DNA of 64,000 bases. Source: a virus. The position numbers and the translations under genes were made by a program. Shown here piece by piece: positions 58,219 to 64,000 of this stretch (positions are counted from its first letter, which is position 1; every line of letters starts with the position of its first letter). A model generated the notes under the pieces. The model had not been told where the DNA came from. It saw only the letters and a list, made by a program, of their open reading frames with translations, and did not search any database. The DNA lies in IMG/VR virus record IMGVR_UViG_3300005264_000830, positions 1-64,000 of that record; one strand, 5' to 3'.

Positions 58219-61200
58219 ATACTTTTAATCTTTTAAAAGACGCTTATAGTATAAAAAATACTACTACCTGTAGATATGACTCTTTAAATGGATATACTAG
58301 TTTATTTGAAGTAAATGGTGATGTAGATGGTTGGGATATTTATAGTTCTGTGTGTTTATACGGTGTGTGGAATTCGGTGCTTTTTGGGACTACTACAGAA
58401 AAAAGTTGTTTTATAGGAAGGACTAATCCATTTGTTAGAATACAGGCAGAAAAATATTATATGTTAAAACTGACAATGAAGATAACATTGCCAGATGATA
58501 TAAAAAAACACGAAGTGCCGACTAAAGGTAAGGTAATGTGGCAAACAGTGGCAGATCCTACTTGGTATGATGGCGCTTCAAAAGAATTTGACTTAGTATT
58601 AGCAGACCAGTGGCATACTTATATCATTAATATGGGAGAAGCTAAAGATTGGATAGGGTACATAAATAATTTACGTATTTTTCCAATAATAGATGGTTTT
58701 TCAGGTATCAATTTTATTATAAAATCCATAGTTATTGATTCACTAAGTGATTTTGTATGTAACAATACTCAGTGTTCGTTTTATACACAATATTCTCACC
58801 CTTGTGAGGGTGTAGGTACAAGAGCATCTATTACTTCAGCGCCAACGTCTCAATTTTTTACCACTATTTCAGGGGTATCAGATAAATTAATTGTAAACAT
58901 AGACGGTTACGGTAATGAGCAGGTAGCGTTGGGCAATAATATTAATATAACTGGTCATGAAATGGCAAAAGTTATAGTTGATAGAATAAGTAGAGTGAGT
59001 TACGGTCAATATGCTTATGCAGAAGTTGTTTTTCAAGAAGAGCAGAAAAAATTAACTATCTTTTCAGGTGCCCAGTCACTTGACTCTAATATAACTATTT
59101 CTGGGACTGCTGCAACAGTATTAGGTTTTGTTGACGATTTAGGCAACAATATATCTACTTATAGCAGTGGGAAAATAGCAGCGACAGGTTTTGATTTTGG
59201 GTCATCTAGAAGATTGAAGGGGTTCGAACTAAATGCCTTGGTAGACTCTGATGATGATAAAATTGCGTACTATCATGATCCAAATCAATATAGTGTAGAA
59301 GCAGGAAGAAGAGACTTTTTTGAATCTATGGACTCAGGTCACATAGCTAATGCTGATCATGTTGAGTATTATAAAACCATAGATGGAGCTCAAAAATTAA
59401 TTATAGACGCATCCCATCCAGTAAATGATTCTGGAAGATTATCAGTTATATGGGTAAATGGTGATTACATTGAATATCGAAATAAAAATTCAACTACTAC
59501 AAGTACTTTTATTCCAAAAGTATTTATACTACGTCCTGATAAATATAATAATTTAACTATAATACATGAAGTTGTCATTGACTTAGAAGATATAGATTTA
59601 CGTTATACTGTGGATCATGTTACTTATAAAGTGGAGTGTGATTTATTAGTTAACAAGGGAGATTTAGTAGGGTTTTATAATTTAAATGTTTTGGTTCCCT
59701 GTTCTTCAAAAAATGGAAATCCTAATGCTGTATATTTTCAAGTCATGGGAGGATTAACTGGGCCTTTAACAACTAAATTTGATATGGGTCCTCCAATGGC
59801 ACAAGGGGTGGTAGGAATATCTTTTTACGCACGTAGTAATCGTATCCAAGATAGCATACAATTAGATATCGATATCGGAAAACGTACCAATATCGAATAT
59901 TTATCTGTATATGGAAGAGAGAATAGTGACTCATTTGAGTACAATATAGCTTCTTGTTTAGATGTAAGTTGGACGTGTGATTGTCATAACAATACCCATT
60001 GGCATAGAGCATCTACATCAATTTGCCTGACAGTGGGAGTAGTAGCTTATTTTGAGCATAGGAATAAGTATTATGGTATAGAATGTTTAAGTGATTGTAT
60101 TAGAACGCCAGATGGAGGCAAAGAAGGGGATAGCTACGTTATTGCAACGATAGGCGGGCCACCAACTAGTTTACCTAACTCGTTTAGCCATATATATAAT
60201 TCAGATCCGGATACTTATTCAGGAATAGAAACTGCAGGGGGACACGCTTATTTTTATGTAAATGGAGATGCTGAATGGTTAAATGGCGGATGTAAAAATT
60301 CACCAAATAATCAGTTATTTGAACAAGCGGAATTTAAAGGTCCTTGGGTAGCAACATCTACGTTTAGTTATGAAATGGACCCAATATCTTTTTATTTAAT
60401 TTTCCCGGAAAATATGGAATTATCTGTTTATAGAAGTATTATGTATTTTAAGGAATCTCAAAATTTTAAACGGTACTCGTTATCTTATTTTATGGGAGAA
60501 ACGGGTCCACAAGGTAATGCTGAGGAAAAACACTTTAATTATGTTCCAAAGTATAATAGTATTACGCTCGATGGATTAAAATTAACAAAAGAGAATGTAA
60601 CCTCCGGAGATGATCTTACCCAGGTGTATGATAAAACACTATTTTCGAATCCTACCCCCTGGGCATACCCTGAATATGTAAATGGGAAATGTATTAATTG
60701 GGATATATTTCAGACAGTAATGGCAACTGAAATGAATATTCTACAGCATGATTTTGATGCTATAAAGTGTAGAGGCTTTAAAATACACACTACTTGGCAT
60801 AAAAGTACCAAACTTACCGAATTAGAGTTATATAGTAGTGTTCCAGTGAGGCCTACTTTATTAGATAATGTAAGGATTCAAGCATCAGTATATGGAGAAC
60901 TATGGAATGAGTTATCATTTTTAGAAGATGAAATAAATAGCGAAAAAATAAATTCTCGTGTGGCAGGGAGTCCTAGATATTTTAAATTACAATTACAATC
61001 ACAAGATATTTTTGAATTGAAGGAAATTTCAGCGGTTATTTCTAAACAACCTTTAAAGTCATTAGGCTGCCAAGACGTTGTTTCTGCAATTAATGCCCCA
61101 CGAGGAAAGACCACCGAGGCCCAAAAGATTGAAATAGAAAATACTAGAGATATTAATTTAGATTTGTCTGTAACTATACCAACACAATTATTTAAACAAA

Positions 61201-64000
61201 ATTACTTACTGTCCTGGATCAAATTTGACTCAGAAGCTACTTCTATAAATGGAGAAGTTGGACCTGGCGCACTTATAAAAAAGGCTGATGACTTTCCATT
61301 ATTATTAGATGAAGGTCAAGTAGCTATTAATACTCCAGCCTATTATCTTAAAAATTTAATTGATAATAAACACGCGTATTTTTTTACAAATGAACATTCT
61401 TGGACAGACTTTGGAGTACTTGAACATGGAGTAGATGTTGAATGTACTAATGTTCCTAATGGCAAAGTAACTACTGTTGGTTTTGCTCCTATTTCTAGTA
61501 AGTATTGGAAATTAAATACACATTCTCCAATAAGTTATAGTATATATAATTTAACCCCGTTTTTTAATTCTAATACTACTATAACTCCAGTTTCACCTAA
61601 TGAAATATTTAATTTATATTCAGAAGGTAGCTATTTAAATTCTGATCTTTGGCATCAACAACAAGTAATAGAAAATGGAAAACTAGTTATCAGTGCACAA
61701 GGCGGATATTCATATCAGAGGAGTAAATTTTTTATAGATGGAAATTTTGACATAGAAATTGATTATGACTACAAAACTTTTCCAGGTTCAACAATAAATT
61801 ATTTTAACGCTCCGTTGATTAAAATTTTATCAGCAAATGATACTGGAAAACAGGTTGAATTTAATAGACATATAAATCACCGTTATAGATTACAATATAG
61901 AACAAGCGATGGTACATGGACTATTGTAGAGACAAGGTCAACATCTATTAATGGGGGAAAAATGCGCTTGGTACGTATCGGGGACACATTTACTGCCTCA
62001 TTTAAGAACAGTACTTCTTATTATGAAGTTGCTAGTTATACATATACAGGTTTTGGAAATAAAGTGTATGTTGATCTAGCTGCTTACTCTGGTGGATCGA
62101 CAAATCCATTAGTCGAAGTTTATTTTTACTATTTTTCTTTATTTTCTGGTCTATGTTACATAGGGGATTTAGATTCAGAATTTTTAGTAGTTACCCCTCT
62201 TATACCTCATAAAGTATATATACAAGCACCTCCGGGGCAAAGTAGTGGGGTGTACGAAGCTGCTTTTAATAGTAGTACTAATGACTTAGCACCAGTTACA
62301 TTAATAGATGATTCTTTTTCAAGTTCTGATTGGTATACTAATTGGGAATACAATTTAGGTACTACTGACAGTAATAATACTTTTTTAGAGAAGGATGGGG
62401 AGCTCCACCCATTTATCGGGCCTTGGGAAACGATTTACATTGAAAAACAATTTCCTCCTGGAATTATAAGTTTTGATTTAGAGGTACATTTTAGACTTGA
62501 TTTTCCTAATACTATGGAATATGCAATAGAGTTACTTAATTCTAGTGATGAAGTCGTTTTACAAATGATATTAACAGGGTATGGGAACAACACTGCAAAA
62601 TTAAATATAGAGTCTCCTGTGCCATTAGATCAAGAAATTTTACGTGAAATTGGGTCTGTTAATTATAATGATCTTATTTTTAAAGATGGCACATTTACAA
62701 AAGAGACTAGTAAGTATACAGAGGGGTTTAAGTTTATTGTTAAAAAAAACTATAATACATTAAACACTATTAAATTACAAAATACTAGTGGTAGTACTAA
62801 TTATTATAATAGTACAAATAGAGGAGGTTTTGTTGACAGAGTAAGTAAATTAAAAATTTCTTATACAAACCTATCAAGTGACTCTATTTTTGATCAGAAA
62901 ATGAATTTTAGTACAAACTATGTGGGTCTTACATTACTACCAAAATTTAGTGATAAAGAGTCCATTGTGTTAGAGTTTTTAGATAGTCAACCGGTAGATG
63001 CTATTAAAATAGTACAACCTGTTGGGGATATTACACACATGTCGGTCGCCATAAGCAATTTTAATGATAATGATTTTATTATGTGGGCCAGAAATTTTAT
63101 AAAATCGAGTAATTTAACTATACCTCATTATAAAATATATGCTAATTGTGGGTATTACCAACAATACGCTCTTTATTCTAGACCATGGTATATTTTTGAT
63201 AGTGATTCCACTTTGTTTACTGGAGCTAATGAGACTACAGTACACACAATTTATGATTTTGGTGAAGGAAATCATCGTGTACTTTCAGCAATGAGGTATC
63301 AAATTTATTATTCTAATCCTAGCTACACTGAATATACAACAATGCAGATATACGGATCAAACGAGTATAAGGCTGGCTACGACACAACAGCCTCCTATTT
63401 TTCCACAGTCAGGTTCGATTTTTCTGTCGCTACTTTGTTATCAGAATTTACTGTTCAATATAACTACGATTCTTATATGTATGGCAGAGAAGAAATATTT
63501 AATAATAATAATGCTTATAGATATTATATAATAAATTTTCCGGCAATAGATGATGAAAATCACACAATAAAAATACGTTTTATGCAATTGTATGAGTACT
63601 TACCACGTATTTTCAATGGGCTTATTATTACAAATGAAAATTATATAAATTCTTTAGCTATTGATTTAGAGCAAATACATAATTTAGAATTTTTAAGAAA
63701 TTATGGACCAATTGGTTCTCCAGGTCTATTAGATTTATTAAATGAAAACTATCTACATTATTCTTCAACTGAAACGTCTAATATAAATGATGTAGTTTGG
63801 AAGTCTAACATTCCTACTTTATTATTACATTTTAATAAGTATGAAGATGAAGTTACCGCTACTAGAGAAATAAGTACTGCTGGAGCAGTTAGTTTATATT
63901 CAGGCGGAGGAGTATTTGCCGGACAGGCGGTTTTTGGTAATTTGAATTTAACAACTTTAACCCCCCATATGACTGCTGGACATGGAACCGCTTATAATTA
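58215..64000 (+). CDS. Giant multidomain adhesion/tail-fibre-like protein, truncated by the window end
   Basis: ATGA overlap with the upstream stop; MNTFNLLKDAY... The frame was spot-checked by hand; its absence from the ORF track is consistent with no stop. Contains a CBM-like segment (WHTYIINM..INNLRIFP), the '..LGF' domain, a lectin-like segment (DGNFDIEIDY..MRLVRIG), a discoidin-like segment (YDFG..YRYYII) and a LamG-like start (LLLHFN). Confidence 0.75.
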   Translation, partial: MNTFNLLKDAYSIKNTTTCRYDSLNGYTSLFEVNGDVDGWDIYSSVCLYGVWNSVLFGTTTEKSCFIGRTNPFVRIQAEKYYMLKLTMKITLPDDIKKHEVPTKGKVMWQTVADPTWYDGASKEFDLVLADQWHTYIINMGEAKDWIGYINNLRIFPIIDGFSGINFIIKSIVIDSLSDFVCNNTQCSFYTQYSHPCEGVGTRASITSAPTSQFFTTISGVSDKLIVNIDGYGNEQVALGNNINITGHEMAKVIVDRISRVSYGQYAYAEVVFQEEQKKLTIFSGAQSLDSNITISGTAATVLGFVDDLGNNISTYSSGKIAATGFDFGSSRRLKGFELNALVDSDDDKIAYYHDPNQYSVEAGRRDFFESMDSGHIANADHVEYYKTIDGAQKLIIDASHPVNDSGRLSVIWVNGDYIEYRNKNSTTTSTFIPKVFILRPDKYNNLTIIHEVVIDLEDIDLRYTVDHVTYKVECDLLVNKGDLVGFYNLNVLVPCSSKNGNPNAVYFQVMGGLTGPLTTKFDMGPPMAQGVVGISFYARSNRIQDSIQLDIDIGKRTNIEYLSVYGRENSDSFEYNIASCLDVSWTCDCHNNTHWHRASTSICLTVGVVAYFEHRNKYYGIECLSDCIRTPDGGKEGDSYVIATIGGPPTSLPNSFSHIYNSDPDTYSGIETAGGHAYFYVNGDAEWLNGGCKNSPNNQLFEQAEFKGPWVATSTFSYEMDPISFYLIFPENMELSVYRSIMYFKESQNFKRYSLSYFMGETGPQGNAEEKHFNYVPKYNSITLDGLKLTKENVTSGDDLTQVYDKTLFSNPTPWAYPEYVNGKCINWDIFQTVMATEMNILQHDFDAIKCRGFKIHTTWHKSTKLTELELYSSVPVRPTLLDNVRIQASVYGELWNELSFLEDEINSEKINSRVAGSPRYFKLQLQSQDIFELKEISAVISKQPLKSLGCQDVVSAINAPRGKTTEAQKIEIENTRDINLDLSVTIPTQLFKQNYLLSWIKFDSEATSINGEVGPGALIKKADDFPLLLDEGQVAINTPAYYLKNLIDNKHAYFFTNEHSWTDFGVLEHGVDVECTNVPNGKVTTVGFAPISSKYWKLNTHSPISYSIYNLTPFFNSNTTITPVSPNEIFNLYSEGSYLNSDLWHQQQVIENGKLVISAQGGYSYQRSKFFIDGNFDIEIDYDYKTFPGSTINYFNAPLIKILSANDTGKQVEFNRHINHRYRLQYRTSDGTWTIVETRSTSINGGKMRLVRIGDTFTASFKNSTSYYEVASYTYTGFGNKVYVDLAAYSGGSTNPLVEVYFYYFSLFSGLCYIGDLDSEFLVVTPLIPHKVYIQAPPGQSSGVYEAAFNSSTNDLAPVTLIDDSFSSSDWYTNWEYNLGTTDSNNTFLEKDGELHPFIGPWETIYIEKQFPPGIISFDLEVHFRLDFPNTMEYAIELLNSSDEVVLQMILTGYGNNTAKLNIESPVPLDQEILREIGSVNYNDLIFKDGTFTKETSKYTEGFKFIVKKNYNTLNTIKLQNTSGSTNYYNSTNRGGFVDRVSKLKISYTNLSSDSIFDQKMNFSTNYVGLTLLPKFSDKESIVLEFLDSQPVDAIKIVQPVGDITHMSVAISNFNDNDFIMWARNFIKSSNLTIPHYKIYANCGYYQQYALYSRPWYIFDSDSTLFTGANETTVHTIYDFGEGNHRVLSAMRYQIYYSNPSYTEYTTMQIYGSNEYKAGYDTTASYFSTVRFDFSVATLLSEFTVQYNYDSYMYGREEIFNNNNAYRYYIINFPAIDDENHTIKIRFMQLYEYLPRIFNGLIITNENYINSLAIDLEQIHNLEFLRNYGPIGSPGLLDLLNENYLHYSSTETSNINDVVWKSNIPTLLLHFNKYEDEVTATREISTAGAVSLYSGGGVFAGQAVFGNLNLTTLTPHMTAGHGTAYN

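Noticed and set aside
1-64000. Stop-codon reassignment
   Set aside because: Code 11 gives near-complete coding density, and TAG (5271, 45651) and TGA (51386, 58218) end genes at sensible boundaries.
1-64000. tRNA, rRNA, IS elements, integrase or DGR
   Set aside because: None recognisable; intergenic gaps are too short and no transposase or reverse transcriptase motifs were seen.

Overview
An AT-rich, all plus-strand, gene-dense segment of a large (probably jumbo) tailed-phage genome, covering the tail morphogenesis region. It uses the standard code 11 and strong AGGAGG ribosome-binding sites. Gene order: (1) a tail tube-like gene interrupted by a composite group I intron that carries a LAGLIDADG homing endonuclease and three identical copies of its P4-P5-P6 core; (2) putative tail assembly chaperones; (3) a 25.7 kb tape-measure locus in two ORFs (4530 aa and 4028 aa); (4) hub/spike-like and small Cys-rich genes; (5) a degenerate TPP-decarboxylase pair; (6) many Ser/Thr/Gly-rich virion or adhesion proteins, ending in a >1900-codon ORF that runs off the window. 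The main discovery: the 4530 aa protein carries, N-terminal to a TP901-type tape-measure core, an ordered set of two-barrel RNA polymerase motifs on one chain (beta-like NTFED and GRKFTTRYGSKG; beta'-like GKTG..RKV, RYP and DFDGD), followed by a PD-(D/E)XK nuclease. This suggests a virion RNA polymerase delivered as part of the tape measure protein. All family assignments come from motif recognition by eye; no searches were run.
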